DNA of 53,960 bases from an uncultured Anaerotruncus sp. (GCA_944387965.1 CALXGW010000128.1:1-53960); one strand, 5' to 3'; positions 1 through 10,534 are shown, counted from the stretch's first letter. The notes: generated by a model from the letters alone, not told the origin. Translations and numbers: made by a program.

Positions 1-64
1 GGCTGTTTGCAGCCGCCCGTAGGCGGAAATACAGCAACAAACAGATGGATGGGAAGATCAGGAC

Positions 65-1576
65 ATGTTTAAAATTGTAAGTGCCGAACAGGCAGTGGAA
101 TATATTCATGATGGCGACTGCATCGGGGTGAATTCTTTCCTGGCGCTCGCCAACCCGGATGCGCTGCATAAAGCGCTGGCCGAACGGTTTGCGGCGACCG
201 GGCATCCGGGCAACCTTGAGATTTTTTGCCCGTCCGGCTTCGGCGGCTGGGACAAGGATCTGTTTGCTGACCGGTATGTTGCGGCAGGCGCGGTAAGCCG
301 GGTGGTAGCCAGCCACTTCATGAGCATGCCGGAAGTGATGCGCATGGCTAAGGAAAACAAGATCGAATGTTATTGCCTGCCGCTGGGGGTGCTGTCCCAT
401 TGCCTGCGTGCGGCAGCCGGCGGGCAGGATGGATACCTGAGCAAGGTGGGATTGAACCTGTTCGTGGACCCGCGGCTGGACGGGCCGGGCATCAATGCGC
501 GCTCAAAGGACCAACTGGTGCAGCTGGTTGAGATTGGCGGGGAAGAATTCTTGTATTACCGTACCCCGAAGATTGATATTGCTTTTATTAAAGGTACAAC
601 GGTGGACCCGGACGGCAACATCACCTTTGAACATGAATGCGTTGTTGTGGATGCGCTTTCACTTGCCCAGGCCGCCAGACAGAACGGCGGCAAGGTGATT
701 GTGCAGGTCGAGCGGGTCAGCCATGAATTTGCCCGCCCGCGCAATGTGATCGTACCGGGCATGCTGGTGGATGCGGTGGTCGTCTGTGAAGAAGCGCCGG
801 AAATCCAGCGGTATAACCCGATCCTTTCCGGGGATATCCATGTGCCGTCCACCCAGATGGATTACTGGATGGGGAAATTGACCGTTTCCGGCAAACGTGG
901 GGCGATGGAAGAGGACATGCCTGCCGAAATCATTGGGGAACGTGCCGCGCGGGAACTGCGGGCCGGGGATATCGTCAATATCGGCATTGGCATCCCGGAA
1001 AAGGTGGGGCAATATGCCTCTTTGCAGGGGATCCTGCGGGAACTGACGCTGACGGTGGAAGCCGGCGGGATCGGCGGCCTGCCTGCCCCTGGGGTGGCGT
1101 TCGGCGCGACCATCGGCGCAGATATGAACTGCGATACCGCCATCCAGTTTGATTTTTATGATGGCGGCGGGCTGGATATCTGTTTTATGGGCGGTATCGA
1201 AGCCGACTGCAAGGGCAATGTCAATGCCCATAAGCTGGGGGAACGGTATGCGGGGATTGGCGGCTTTGCAAATATCACAAGCGCGACCAAAACGGTTGTA
1301 TTCTGCATGACCTTTACCACCAAAGGGCTCCGGGTAAGCCGGGAGGATGGCAAGGTTTCGATCGTACAGGAGGGGAAAATCCCCAAATTTAAAAAAGAAA
1401 TCGCTGCAATCAGCTTTTCAGCGAAAAATGCCCTGGAAAGAGGGCAGCGGGTGCTGTATGTCACCGAGCGGTGTGTGTTTGAACTGACTGCGGATGGGCT
1501 GCGGCTGGCGGAGGTGTTCCCCGGCGTGCGGCAGAAGCAGGATATCGAGGATCTGCTCGATTTCAAGCTGGCATAG
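65..1576 (+). CDS. acyl-CoA:acetate/propionate CoA-transferase (YdiF/Pct-like, fused alpha+beta)
   Basis: 503 aa; VGLNLFVDPR, NIGIGIP, catalytic Glu in TVEAGGIGG, GIGGFANIT, YVTERCVF. Confidence 0.9.
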   Translation: MFKIVSAEQAVEYIHDGDCIGVNSFLALANPDALHKALAERFAATGHPGNLEIFCPSGFGGWDKDLFADRYVAAGAVSRVVASHFMSMPEVMRMAKENKIECYCLPLGVLSHCLRAAAGGQDGYLSKVGLNLFVDPRLDGPGINARSKDQLVQLVEIGGEEFLYYRTPKIDIAFIKGTTVDPDGNITFEHECVVVDALSLAQAARQNGGKVIVQVERVSHEFARPRNVIVPGMLVDAVVVCEEAPEIQRYNPILSGDIHVPSTQMDYWMGKLTVSGKRGAMEEDMPAEIIGERAARELRAGDIVNIGIGIPEKVGQYASLQGILRELTLTVEAGGIGGLPAPGVAFGATIGADMNCDTAIQFDFYDGGGLDICFMGGIEADCKGNVNAHKLGERYAGIGGFANITSATKTVVFCMTFTTKGLRVSREDGKVSIVQEGKIPKFKKEIAAISFSAKNALERGQRVLYVTERCVFELTADGLRLAEVFPGVRQKQDIEDLLDFKLA

Positions 1577-1590
1577 GAGGCAATGCGGGC

Positions 1591-2205
1591 GTGGATCTGC
1601 TCATTCAGATTTTGGAATATATCGGCGTGTTCGCCTTTGCGGTTTCCGGGACGATCGTTGCCATCCAGGAGGATTTCGACCTGTTTGGGATCTGCTGCAT
1701 GGCGGCGGTCACGGCCATGGGCGGCGGCGTTTTGCGGGATATCGTGGCGGATGTGGGGGTTCCGGTCTTTTTCCAGGACTGGACAACCATCCCGATCATC
1801 CTGGTAGCTGTCGCGGTCGCATGCAAATTGGGCAACCGGTGGGAATACAACCGCCTGTTTGTTGCGGTGGATGCGGCCGGGCTTGCGGTATTTGTAGTTT
1901 CTGCCGGCTTAAAGGGGATCGACCAGGGATATAATTTTATGCTGTTCCTGTTTGCTTCCGGCATCACCGGGGTAGGCGGGGGGATTTTGCGGGATATTAT
2001 CACCAACCGCAAACCCGCTGTTTTCCAAAGCGATATTTATACGCTGGCAGGGCTTTTGGGTGCGCTGGCGCTCTGGGTGCTGCATCCGCTGATTGGGGCA
2101 CAGTGGGCGGCGGCGGTTTCACTGGTGATAATTTTTATGGTACGCATGTTCTGCTATCTGCATAATATCAATCTCCCGGTCATCCATTACCGCAAGGATG
2201 ATTAA
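1591..2205 (+). CDS. TRIC/UPF0126 (YadS-like) membrane protein
   Basis: GTG start after GGAGG; duplicated T(A/G)xGGG(V/I)LRD motifs; hydrophobic helices. Confidence 0.88.
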   Translation: MDLLIQILEYIGVFAFAVSGTIVAIQEDFDLFGICCMAAVTAMGGGVLRDIVADVGVPVFFQDWTTIPIILVAVAVACKLGNRWEYNRLFVAVDAAGLAVFVVSAGLKGIDQGYNFMLFLFASGITGVGGGILRDIITNRKPAVFQSDIYTLAGLLGALALWVLHPLIGAQWAAAVSLVIIFMVRMFCYLHNINLPVIHYRKDD

Positions 2206-2297
2206 AGAAGGAAGGCGTTTTTTCTCCATACCTGCGCAGGGAAAGGGTGGTATTTTGGCACTTTATAAATTAGAAAGGGATGGAGGTGCGTCATACC

Positions 2298-2849
2298 ATG
2301 TTGGTATTTTTATCTGCGGTGGGGGATAGGGTCGACCAGGACAAATTTGAACAGCTTTACCATATGTACAGGCAGCTGATGTTTTATACAGCCAACAGTA
2401 TCCTGCATGATGCCGGTATGGCGGAAGACGCAGTACACCAGGCATTTATCCGGGTACTGGACAATATGGGCAAAATCGGGGAGGTGGACTGTCCCCAAAC
2501 GAAGAATTTCCTGGTTATTATTGTTAGAAACATTGCAATTAACATATATAACGACCGCAAACGGAAAACGACAGCCTCGCTGGACGAACTGGAAAACTGG
2601 ATGCCGGACCCGTCCGCTGCACCGGCCGACGCAGTGGAAGCAAAGGAAGGCATGATGCATTTGGCCAGCTTGCTTGAACAGATGCCGGAAGGCTATAGGA
2701 GTGTGCTGCTATTGCGGTATGACAACGGTTATTCTGCTGCTGAGATCGCAAATATCCTGATGTTGAGCGAGGAAAACGTAAAAAAACGGCTGCAGCGGGC
2801 AAAAAAGAAATTGCAGGCATTACTAAATTTAGAGGAGGTGAGCAGGTGA
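2298..2849 (+). CDS. ECF-type sigma-70 factor
   Basis: AEDAVHQAF (region 2); region 4 HTH YSAAEIANIL..SEENVKKRLQRAKKKL; GGAGGTG RBS favours ATG 2298 over 2280. Confidence 0.88.
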   Translation: MLVFLSAVGDRVDQDKFEQLYHMYRQLMFYTANSILHDAGMAEDAVHQAFIRVLDNMGKIGEVDCPQTKNFLVIIVRNIAINIYNDRKRKTTASLDELENWMPDPSAAPADAVEAKEGMMHLASLLEQMPEGYRSVLLLRYDNGYSAAEIANILMLSEENVKKRLQRAKKKLQALLNLEEVSR

Positions 2850-3958
2850 CCTCAAAGGATGATATATTCTGGGAAAAAATGATGCGGCAGGCAGCCGCGC
2901 AAACGCGGGACCGGATGTTGGAAGGGCTTCCTTCCGATGCGCAGATGGAAGGACACACCTTTTCCGAAACATTTGAGAAACGTATGGAGCTTTTGATGCG
3001 GGAAAGGAGGAAACCTGCAACCAGCAAACTTGGATTCAAAAAGATGGTCAGGATGGCCGCATCGTTTGTATTGGTAGCGGCGTTGAGTTTTTCCTGTGTG
3101 CTCAGTGTAGACGCTTGGCGGGAGCGTCTGTTTGAGATGGTGGAGCAGAAACACGAGGAATATTCCGAAATTTCCTATCGGGCAAAATCAAGCGCAGGGG
3201 TTCTCCCGGCAGATTTCAGGCTGGAGGAATACCGCCCGTCCTATCTCCCCGAGGGATATCTGCTGACCGATCAAATGATCAACAGCAGCACCAATTTCTG
3301 TTCGTTCACCAATGAAACGGAAGAAAGCATCTCTTTCCAGCAGGCGGTAAACGCCAAGGAAGGATTCGGCATGGGGCTGTCGATCAATACCGAAGGGACG
3401 GAACTCAAACCGTTTGATTTGAATGGGGATTTGGCTTACCAAATGTCCAATATGGGCTCCCAGTTCATTTTGTGGAACGATGACGTCTATAACTATATGA
3501 TTATCACCGAATTGCCGATGGATGAGGCAATCAAAGTGGCTGAAAGCGTAGGCCCGGTGTGGCCGGACGCCTATCATCCGCCCAAACTGTCGGTCGAAAC
3601 CTGGAGTTTGCCGGATGATTACACGATCGCGCAGGCAAAGGCAAATGGGGACGCGATCCTGATTGGCGGTAAGCTGGAAGGGGTGGAGCAGGTTGACCGG
3701 CTGTTGAAGAATGCCAAGGCCGGTAAGCCGGATATCATCCGCATTGCAGATTTCAGCGGTGAGGAAGTCGTGGTGAAAGAGCTGTATTTCGATGGATACC
3801 GGTTCCATTTTGATAATTCCAACCTGCCTGCACACCGCAGCGAAGGGTACAGAGGGGAAGAAATCTGCCGGGAAACAGGTGCGGATGGCGTTGTCCGGAT
3901 GTACCTGAAAGACCAAAATGGGGAAGAAATCGAGATCTGCAGTTACCAAGGGACGTAA
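2846..3958 (+). CDS. putative anti-sigma factor, single TM plus DUF4367-like extracytoplasmic domain
   Basis: Start overlaps the sigma stop (GTGA); HTFSETFEKRM N-terminus, TM segment, YRPSYLPEGY motif. Confidence 0.72.
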   Translation: MTSKDDIFWEKMMRQAAAQTRDRMLEGLPSDAQMEGHTFSETFEKRMELLMRERRKPATSKLGFKKMVRMAASFVLVAALSFSCVLSVDAWRERLFEMVEQKHEEYSEISYRAKSSAGVLPADFRLEEYRPSYLPEGYLLTDQMINSSTNFCSFTNETEESISFQQAVNAKEGFGMGLSINTEGTELKPFDLNGDLAYQMSNMGSQFILWNDDVYNYMIITELPMDEAIKVAESVGPVWPDAYHPPKLSVETWSLPDDYTIAQAKANGDAILIGGKLEGVEQVDRLLKNAKAGKPDIIRIADFSGEEVVVKELYFDGYRFHFDNSNLPAHRSEGYRGEEICRETGADGVVRMYLKDQNGEEIEICSYQGT

Positions 3959-3991
3959 AAGAAACCGGGGTTTGAGCGGGGGGTTGTATCA

Positions 3992-5623
3992 ATGAAGAAA
4001 TGGATCGCGCCGTTGGCCGGCGTGATGGCTGTACTGCTTGCCATCACGCCGGTTTCGGCTGCAGAAAAGCCGGATGAGGCGGTGGAACTGCCAGGCTTGA
4101 CCGTACTTTCACAGCGGAGCATAGAAGCGGTACAGAACGGTTACCAATGGACTTATACAGACCCTTCGGGGCAGGAAGGGCTTTCTGCGACCTGGAGTGA
4201 GGAAAACCGTGAACCGATGTCCGTGCCGGCAGGGGAGATCCCCTGGCTGGAAATAGACCCTTCGACCCCGCGCGCACTGCTGTCCTTCTCACAGATGCCA
4301 ACCTCTTATCAGGTGCGCCGGTGGGATTATTCCCAGCCGGATGCGGAGGCGGCAACGGTTTCCCTGAGCGAAAACCTGTTCTCCCTGCAGGATGGCGGGC
4401 CGTTTCTATATGAGGTGGAGGCTGTTTGGCCGCAGGGGACCATCCGGTACCTGTTCGGCGCTTACCTGGGGTCGTATACCACGCCGGATCCCCCGCTGCT
4501 GACCGTTTCGATGGGGGAACGCAAGCTGGATACCCTGCTCAACAGCTATACCTGGACTTATACGGATGAAGATGGGGAAAAACGCATAAGTGAGGCGGGC
4601 GTCCCCCCGTTGCAGACAGTGGCCCTGCCGCTGCTGGAGCAAAATGGCGGGATCGCTGTACTGGAATTTTCCGGTGAGATCGCTCCAAAATCGGTTTCAG
4701 TCGTGCGCTGGGAGATCGGGCAGCGCGGTTTGTCCGGCGAGGTGGCAGGAACCGTCGTCCCCCTGTCCGGGATGGAGTTGGCGCTGCCGTCCTATGGTGG
4801 GTATATTTATCAGGTGACGGCAGAATGGTCGGCCGGGACAAGCACATATCTTTTTGAAACGACCCCGATGCGCCCAGTCACAGCCTATACGGTCAAATCT
4901 TCCTATCAGCCGGACAGCAACAACATTATGCTCAAGATCACCAACCGTTCCGGGGAGCCGGTGACATATGATACCCAGTATGAACTGCATCGGTATGAGA
5001 ATGGAAAATGGTACATTGTACCGGGGAAGGGGGACGCTGCTGGCTGGTCGGCAACTGTGATGCCCGGGCAGACGGTGTCCTGTTCGCAGACGGTCACCGA
5101 GAATGGTGAACAGCTGAAAGAAGGGTATTACCGTTTTGCCAAAAAGACGGTGGGCGACAGCGGGAAAGAATATCTGGTATATGCATATTTCCGGCTGGGG
5201 CTTCCGCGTGACGGTATCCGTTTGGGCGCACCCTCCCAGATCACTTTTGTCGTCCAGAACAATCTGGGCGGGCGGGCCCAGGCCCAACTGACCAGGATCG
5301 GCCGGTATGAAGGGGTTTCCCCGTTGGGATTCATGCTGCGGGAGCTGCAAAAATTTGAGCAGGCTTCCGACAATGCGACCTTCCTGGGGGATACGGCGGA
5401 AGCAGGGCTTTATCTGACGGTTTCTTACGCAGGGACGAACCTGGAGGATGTACAGCTGTATATCGACCCAAACATGACGGTCTATACCGATGGGGAATAT
5501 CGCACCGTATGCGGCTTCCGGCATAACGGGCAGACCTATATTGCAGATCCGGAAGTTTATGAATCAATGCTGGCATGCGGGCAGTATGTAATGGAAAATA
5601 TTGCTGTGCAGCAGAAGCCGTAA
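3992..5623 (+). CDS. secreted protein with internally duplicated beta-rich domains and an Ig-like domain
   Basis: Signal peptide MKKWIAPLAG..SAA; two copies of Y.WTYTD..G / Y.V.A.W..GT..YLF; ITNRSGEPVTY..YELHRYENGKW Ig-like segment. Confidence 0.65.
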   Translation: MKKWIAPLAGVMAVLLAITPVSAAEKPDEAVELPGLTVLSQRSIEAVQNGYQWTYTDPSGQEGLSATWSEENREPMSVPAGEIPWLEIDPSTPRALLSFSQMPTSYQVRRWDYSQPDAEAATVSLSENLFSLQDGGPFLYEVEAVWPQGTIRYLFGAYLGSYTTPDPPLLTVSMGERKLDTLLNSYTWTYTDEDGEKRISEAGVPPLQTVALPLLEQNGGIAVLEFSGEIAPKSVSVVRWEIGQRGLSGEVAGTVVPLSGMELALPSYGGYIYQVTAEWSAGTSTYLFETTPMRPVTAYTVKSSYQPDSNNIMLKITNRSGEPVTYDTQYELHRYENGKWYIVPGKGDAAGWSATVMPGQTVSCSQTVTENGEQLKEGYYRFAKKTVGDSGKEYLVYAYFRLGLPRDGIRLGAPSQITFVVQNNLGGRAQAQLTRIGRYEGVSPLGFMLRELQKFEQASDNATFLGDTAEAGLYLTVSYAGTNLEDVQLYIDPNMTVYTDGEYRTVCGFRHNGQTYIADPEVYESMLACGQYVMENIAVQQKP

Positions 5624-5638
5624 ACCGGCAGGATCAGC

Positions 5639-5676
5639 GGGGAAATAAAAATTTTTCTAAAAATTTTTATTTCCCC
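5639..5676. terminator. perfect 18-bp inverted repeat, likely terminator of the sigma operon
   Basis: GGGGAAATAAAAATTTTT-ct-AAAAATTTTTATTTCCCC followed by a T-rich tract. Confidence 0.55.
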
Positions 5677-5677
5677 C

Positions 5678-5706
5678 TTTACTTTTTTGAAATTGTATAG
5701 TATAAT
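5678..5706 (+). promoter_or_regulatory. sigma-A promoter of the tRNA pair
   Basis: TTTACT-N17-TATAAT, 13 nt upstream of tRNA-Val. Confidence 0.75.
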
Positions 5707-5719
5707 GGTTCTCATTGTC

Positions 5720-5796
5720 GGGAGTATAGCTCAGCTGGTTAGAGTGCCTGCATCACACGCAGGAAGTCGCGGGTTCGAGTCCCTCTATTCCCACCA
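5720..5796 (+). tRNA. tRNA-Val (anticodon CAC)
   Basis: Cloverleaf: acceptor GGGAGTA/TATTCCC, anticodon arm CCTGC-AT CAC AC-GCAGG, TTCGAGT T-loop, discriminator A, encoded CCA. Confidence 0.92.
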
Positions 5797-5827
5797 ATTT
5801 TTTCATTGCCGGTTTTGCTGGCAATAT

Positions 5828-5903
5828 GGGGGCGTAGCTCAGCTGGGAGAGCGTACGGTTCGCATCCGTAAGGTCGAGAGTTCGATCCTCTTCGTCTCCA
5901 CCA
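5828..5903 (+). tRNA. tRNA-Ala (anticodon CGC)
   Basis: Acceptor GGGGGCG/CGTCTCC with G3:U70, anticodon arm TACGG-TT CGC AT-CCGTA, encoded CCA. Confidence 0.96.
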
Positions 5904-5908
5904 ATTGT

Positions 5909-5942
5909 AAAAATCGCCGCAGTAAAAACTGCGGCGATTTTT
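5909..5942 (+). terminator. rho-independent terminator after the tRNAs
   Basis: AAAAATCGCCGCAGT-aaaa-ACTGCGGCGATTTTT. Confidence 0.85.
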
Positions 5943-6110
5943 CTGTTTGTGCGGTTGGAAGTGCCCTTTGAAAGGAGGGCGTTTTTTCCCGGACATTCCG
6001 GCAGCAAGCGCAGGGGTTCCCCCGCGGCCGTTCCGCCGTCTGTAACCGGGATGGGACGACGGCGCTTGTTGGCCTGGGCGCCCTTTGGATGTAGACAGGA
6101 CCGCTTACGC

Positions 6111-6139
6111 TTGACAGGCAGCATTTTCCCCGATATCCT
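6111..6139 (+). promoter_or_regulatory. putative sigma-A promoter of tetR
   Basis: TTGACA-N17-TATCCT. Confidence 0.45.
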
Positions 6140-6182
6140 ATATTTTAGGGAGGATAAGATTTTCGACAGGGGAGGGATCAAA

Positions 6183-6740
6183 ATGCCCGTTGATATGAAA
6201 GAAACGATTGCACAAGCGGCCAAAGCCCTTGTGGAAGGAAAGGGCGCCAGGAAACTGACAGTAAAGGATATTGTGGAAGAATGCCATATCACCCGCCAGG
6301 CATTTTACTATCACTTTGAAGATATACCTGCGTTGTTCCGCTGGATGATCGAGCAGGATACCCGGCGAAATATGGCGAAAATCCAGGCGATGGAAGACAG
6401 TGAGGCCAGGCTGCGTTATCTGTTTGTTATGGCAATCAATGCCTTGCCGTATGTAAAAAGGGGGATGGCCAGCAATTATCGGGATGAAATCGAGCGGTTC
6501 CTGAGTCAATACCTCCAGCGTCTGTTTGAGCGGGTATGCGACGAAGAGGGGCTTTACCAGGACTGCACCCGCCTGGAAGCCGACCTGATCCTGCGTTATC
6601 ACAGCCAGGCTATTTTGGGTATTTTGCGCAACTGGACGGAAACGGATACAAAACATCTGGATCAGATCGTCCATGTGATTTTCCGTCTGGTAACAGAAGG
6701 GATCTCCCCCCATGGAGGGAACGAAACGAATACAGCTTGA
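6183..6740 (+). CDS. TetR/AcrR family transcriptional regulator
   Basis: HTH KLTVKDIVEECHITRQAFYYHFEDI; GGGAGG RBS before ATG 6183. Confidence 0.9.
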   Translation: MPVDMKETIAQAAKALVEGKGARKLTVKDIVEECHITRQAFYYHFEDIPALFRWMIEQDTRRNMAKIQAMEDSEARLRYLFVMAINALPYVKRGMASNYRDEIERFLSQYLQRLFERVCDEEGLYQDCTRLEADLILRYHSQAILGILRNWTETDTKHLDQIVHVIFRLVTEGISPHGGNETNTA

Positions 6741-6786
6741 CAAATCCGTCCCGGTGTAAAAAAACTTTACACCGGGACGGATTTGT
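6740..6786. terminator. perfect 21-bp inverted repeat (terminator and/or operator)
   Basis: ACAAATCCGTCCCGGTGTAAA-aaaac-TTTACACCGGGACGGATTTGT. Confidence 0.6.
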
Positions 6787-6864
6787 ATATGACACAATTT
6801 GAAATGTGCAAATGGAACCGTCCGGCAGATCCGGATATAATAAGGTACAAAAGGAGGTGCTGGT

Positions 6865-7293
6865 ATGGCGCACGAAATCCTCGCTGTGAAGCTGTGCGAA
6901 CTGGATGACAGCCTTGGCAGGCTGCACAGCCGGATCCATATGAGTGAAGCTGCCGGCCATGAACAGCTTCAGCAGGAGATCCATCAGCTGGAATGGGAAT
7001 GTACCGAGGCGGAAATGATATTGCGGGATAACCTGCGGCGCTCCAAATCGGAGCTGGCAGCTGTTTTGGGGAATGGCTATGGGCAGATCGAGCAGATCAT
7101 CCGGCATTCAAATGAGAAAATGCGTGCGATGGCTGCCGAAAGCCCGGATACAGAATCGGCTATGGAGGGCCGGATATTGTTGGCGGAATATGCATTGGAT
7201 TTTGCCCACCGGGCGGCAGACCGTGCCCTGTTGCTCGCGATGGAGGCCATTGACGCCCAGTTGGCCCGACAGAAAGAAGGAGGATCCGAATGA
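6865..7293 (+). CDS. hypothetical helical protein
   Basis: AAGGAGGTG RBS; stop overlaps the ftsH start. Confidence 0.75.
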   Translation: MAHEILAVKLCELDDSLGRLHSRIHMSEAAGHEQLQQEIHQLEWECTEAEMILRDNLRRSKSELAAVLGNGYGQIEQIIRHSNEKMRAMAAESPDTESAMEGRILLAEYALDFAHRAADRALLLAMEAIDAQLARQKEGGSE

Positions 7294-9119
7294 AAGAAGT
7301 TAAATCGCCCAGAAAACCGTTGCTCTACTATTATGGAATCGTATTATTGATGATTTTCCTTTTTAATATCCTTGTCACACCATTATTGTCCCGAAACCAG
7401 GTCACAGAAGTGGATTATGGTACCTTCATGGATATGATCGACGAAAAGCAGATCGGTGTGGTCCAGGTGGAGGATACACAGATCATCTTTACTGACAAAG
7501 AGAGCAACCAGGTGTACACCACCGGCCCCATGGAGGACCCCACCCTGACACAACGGCTTCACGAAGCCGACGCCCAGTTCGGCCGGGTCATAACAGAATC
7601 CGCATCGCCGCTTCTGACCTGGTTCCTGACGATTATCCTGCCTGTTTTGATCTTTTTTGGCCTGGGACAATATATGAGCCGGAAACTGATGAACCAGGCG
7701 GGCGGTAAAAATGCCATGAGTTTTGGTATGGGCAAAAGCAATGCCAAGGTTTATGTCCCATCCACTCAGGGGATCCGCTTTTCCGATGTGGCCGGAGAGG
7801 ACGAAGCCAAGGAAAGCCTCCAGGAGATCGTGGATTACCTGCATAATCCCCAAAAATATACGGAAGCGGGCGCTTCCATGCCCAAAGGGATCCTGCTGGT
7901 AGGCCCGCCCGGAACCGGCAAGACAATGCTGGCCAAAGCAGTGGCCGGTGAAGCCAATGTACCGTTTTTCTCCATCTCCGGCTCGGAGTTTGTGGAAATG
8001 TTTGTGGGGATGGGCGCTTCCAAAGTCCGGGACCTTTTTAAACAGGCAAAGGAAAAAGCCCCTTGTATTGTTTTTATTGATGAAATCGATGCCATCGGCC
8101 AAAAGCGGAATTCCGGAGGCGGTTATGGCGGGAATGACGAGCGGGAACAAACGCTGAACCAGCTGTTGACCGAGATGGATGGCTTTGAGGGGAACACCGG
8201 GGTCATCATCCTGGCAGCTACCAACCGACCGGAAAGCCTGGATCCGGCTCTGACACGGCCCGGCAGGTTTGACCGGCGGGTGCCGGTGGAACTGCCTGAC
8301 CTGAAGGGCAGGGAAGAAATTTTAAAGGTCCATGCCAAAAAGATCAAGACCGGCGAGGATGTGGACTTCCACACAGTAGCCCGCATGGCTGCCGGCGCCA
8401 GCGGTGCGGAACTGGCCAATATCATCAACGAGGCGGCTCTCCGGGCGGTACGCAACGGCCGGGTCATCGTCACACAGGCTGACCTGGAAGAAAGCATCGA
8501 AGTGGTTATTGCTGGCTATCAAAAGAAAAATGCAGTCCTCTCCGACCAGGAAAAACGGGTAGTAGCATATCATGAAATTGGCCATGCACTGGTGGCGGCC
8601 AGGCAGTCGGAATCTGCCCCGGTCCAAAAAATCACCATCATCCCGCGTACCTCCGGCGCCCTGGGTTATACGATGCAGGTGGAAACCGGGGACAAGTATC
8701 TCATGAGCAAAGAAGAACTCGAGAATAAAATTGCCACTTATACCGGCGGACGGGCAGCTGAAGAAGTGGTATTCGGACAGATCACCACCGGCGCTTCCAA
8801 TGATATCGAACAGGCTACCAAGCTTGCACGGGCGATGATTACCCGGTATGGCATGAGCGATGAGTTCGATATGGTTGCAATGGAAACGGTACAGAACCAG
8901 TACCTGGGAGGGGATACTTCGCTGGCCTGCTCGGCAGATACCCAGCGCGAGATCGACCGCAAGGTGGTGGAGCTGGTCAGACAGCAGCATGAAAAGGCCA
9001 AAAAAATCCTGGAGGACGACCGCGGGAAGCTGGACGAATTGGCCCGGTTCCTTTATGAAAAAGAAACGATCACCGGCGAAGAATTCATGGAGATCCTGAA
9101 GGGAGGGGAAAAAGAATGA
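7290..9119 (+). CDS. ftsH: ATP-dependent zinc metalloprotease FtsH
   Basis: Two TM segments, Walker A GPPGTGKT, Walker [35 protein letters not shown] zinc motif, GASNDIE. Confidence 0.96.
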   Translation: MKEVKSPRKPLLYYYGIVLLMIFLFNILVTPLLSRNQVTEVDYGTFMDMIDEKQIGVVQVEDTQIIFTDKESNQVYTTGPMEDPTLTQRLHEADAQFGRVITESASPLLTWFLTIILPVLIFFGLGQYMSRKLMNQAGGKNAMSFGMGKSNAKVYVPSTQGIRFSDVAGEDEAKESLQEIVDYLHNPQKYTEAGASMPKGILLVGPPGTGKTMLAKAVAGEANVPFFSISGSEFVEMFVGMGASKVRDLFKQAKEKAPCIVFIDEIDAIGQKRNSGGGYGGNDEREQTLNQLLTEMDGFEGNTGVIILAATNRPESLDPALTRPGRFDRRVPVELPDLKGREEILKVHAKKIKTGEDVDFHTVARMAAGASGAELANIINEAALRAVRNGRVIVTQADLEESIEVVIAGYQKKNAVLSDQEKRVVAYHEIGHALVAARQSESAPVQKITIIPRTSGALGYTMQVETGDKYLMSKEELENKIATYTGGRAAEEVVFGQITTGASNDIEQATKLARAMITRYGMSDEFDMVAMETVQNQYLGGDTSLACSADTQREIDRKVVELVRQQHEKAKKILEDDRGKLDELARFLYEKETITGEEFMEILKGGEKE

Positions 9120-9658
9120 GAAGACGTTCCAGTTTCGGCTGGCTGGAGCTGGCCATCGGGATTTTGCTGATCGTGCTGGGCGTATGGGCTTTCCTGGAGC
9201 CGGACAGGGCTTTAAGCAGTATGGTCATTGCCTTCGGTCTGGCAGCGATCGCCATGGGGGTGGCAGATATCCTTTTATATATCCAGGTGGAACGCTTTAC
9301 AGGACTGGGACCGGTACTCTCCCTGGTTGCAGGGATTATGAGCGTGATGTCCGGCATCATGCTGCTGGCATATCCCAAGGCGGGGACATTGGCGCTGGCT
9401 CTGCTGTTCCCGATCTGGTTTATTGCCCACTGTATCTCCCGCCTTTCTCATCTGCATCATATCCGTTTCATTGCCGGAAGCGGCATGTACACCTTCACAC
9501 TGGTCATAAACATCATTGGATTGATGCTGGGCTTCCTCATGCTTCTCAGCCCCCTGTTCACCCTGGCTGCCCTGCGCTGGTTCTCCTGTATCTACCTGAT
9601 CCTGCTGGGGATCGATGGGGTCGTTATGGCAGTCAGCCGCATGGGGATGCGGCGGTAA
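9116..9658 (+). CDS. HdeD/DUF308 family membrane protein
   Basis: About 6 hydrophobic helices; WLELAIGILLIVLG pattern. Confidence 0.75.
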   Translation: MRRRSSFGWLELAIGILLIVLGVWAFLEPDRALSSMVIAFGLAAIAMGVADILLYIQVERFTGLGPVLSLVAGIMSVMSGIMLLAYPKAGTLALALLFPIWFIAHCISRLSHLHHIRFIAGSGMYTFTLVINIIGLMLGFLMLLSPLFTLAALRWFSCIYLILLGIDGVVMAVSRMGMRR

Positions 9659-9667
9659 GGAGGGACT

Positions 9668-10534
9668 ATGGACACGATTTCCATCCTTACCACCCTGGAT
9701 CAAAACTATCTGCCTCAGCTGCAGGTCCTGATTACCTCCCTTTTTTTCAATAATCCCGGGGAAGATATCCGCCTTTATCTGCTCCACAGCACCATCCCCG
9801 AACAAGCCCTCTCGGTTATAGGCCGGCAATGTGATACCTGCGGGTACACCTTTGCGCCTGTCCGGGTGGCCGGCGCCCTGTTCCAGGACGCGCCGGCCAC
9901 CCAGCAGTATCCCAAGGAGATGTACTACCGGCTCCTGGCCCACCATCTGCTGCCGGAAACGGTGAAACGGGTACTCTACCTGGATCCGGACACCCTGGTC
10001 ATCAATCCGATCCGCCCTCTGTGGGAAACGGATCTGGAAGGGCATCTTTTTGCTGCAGCTGCCCATACCGGCAAGACGGAACTGGCCAACAGTGTCAACA
10101 AACTTCGCCTGGGAACGGAGGCGGATTATTATAATTCCGGGGTGCTGCTGATGGATCTGGAGGCGGCCCGGCGGGAGATCGCGCCCCATATGCTGTTTTC
10201 CTATGTGAAGCTGCATGGGAAGGAACTGCTTTTGCCCGACCAGGATATACTCAACGCCCTGTATGGGCAGCGGATCCTTCCGGTGGACGATGTGCTCTGG
10301 AACTATGACGCCCGCAATTACAGCAATTACCTCCTGCGCAGCGGCGGCGTCTGTGATCTCCCCTGGGTCATGGAGCATACCGCCATTCTCCACTTTTGCG
10401 GCAAGGCAAAACCCTGGAAACCCAAATATCTTCACCGCTTCGGGATCCTTTACCAGCATTATGTACAGCTGGCAAAACGGCAATCGGGCGGATGCCTTTG
10501 GAAGGGGGAAAACGGGCGGGCCTCATCTGCTTGA
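9668..10534 (+). CDS. glycosyltransferase family 8
   Basis: YYRLL, RVLYLDPD (DxD), YYNSGVLLMDL, PDQDILN, ILHFCGKAKPW. Confidence 0.93.
   Translation: MDTISILTTLDQNYLPQLQVLITSLFFNNPGEDIRLYLLHSTIPEQALSVIGRQCDTCGYTFAPVRVAGALFQDAPATQQYPKEMYYRLLAHHLLPETVKRVLYLDPDTLVINPIRPLWETDLEGHLFAAAAHTGKTELANSVNKLRLGTEADYYNSGVLLMDLEAARREIAPHMLFSYVKLHGKELLLPDQDILNALYGQRILPVDDVLWNYDARNYSNYLLRSGGVCDLPWVMEHTAILHFCGKAKPWKPKYLHRFGILYQHYVQLAKRQSGGCLWKGENGRASSA

Noticed and set aside
2298-2849. ECF sigma as the target of the partner-switching module
   Set aside because: 40 kb away and coupled to its own membrane anti-sigma gene.
5880-5903. tRNA-Ala 3' end as an attachment site
   Set aside because: No integrase in the window and no duplicated 3' end noticed by eye; an exact search was not possible.
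5687-6182. ORFs overlapping the tRNAs and the long N-terminal extension of tetR
   Set aside because: Shadow ORFs over tRNA genes and the terminator; tetR has a good RBS at 6183.
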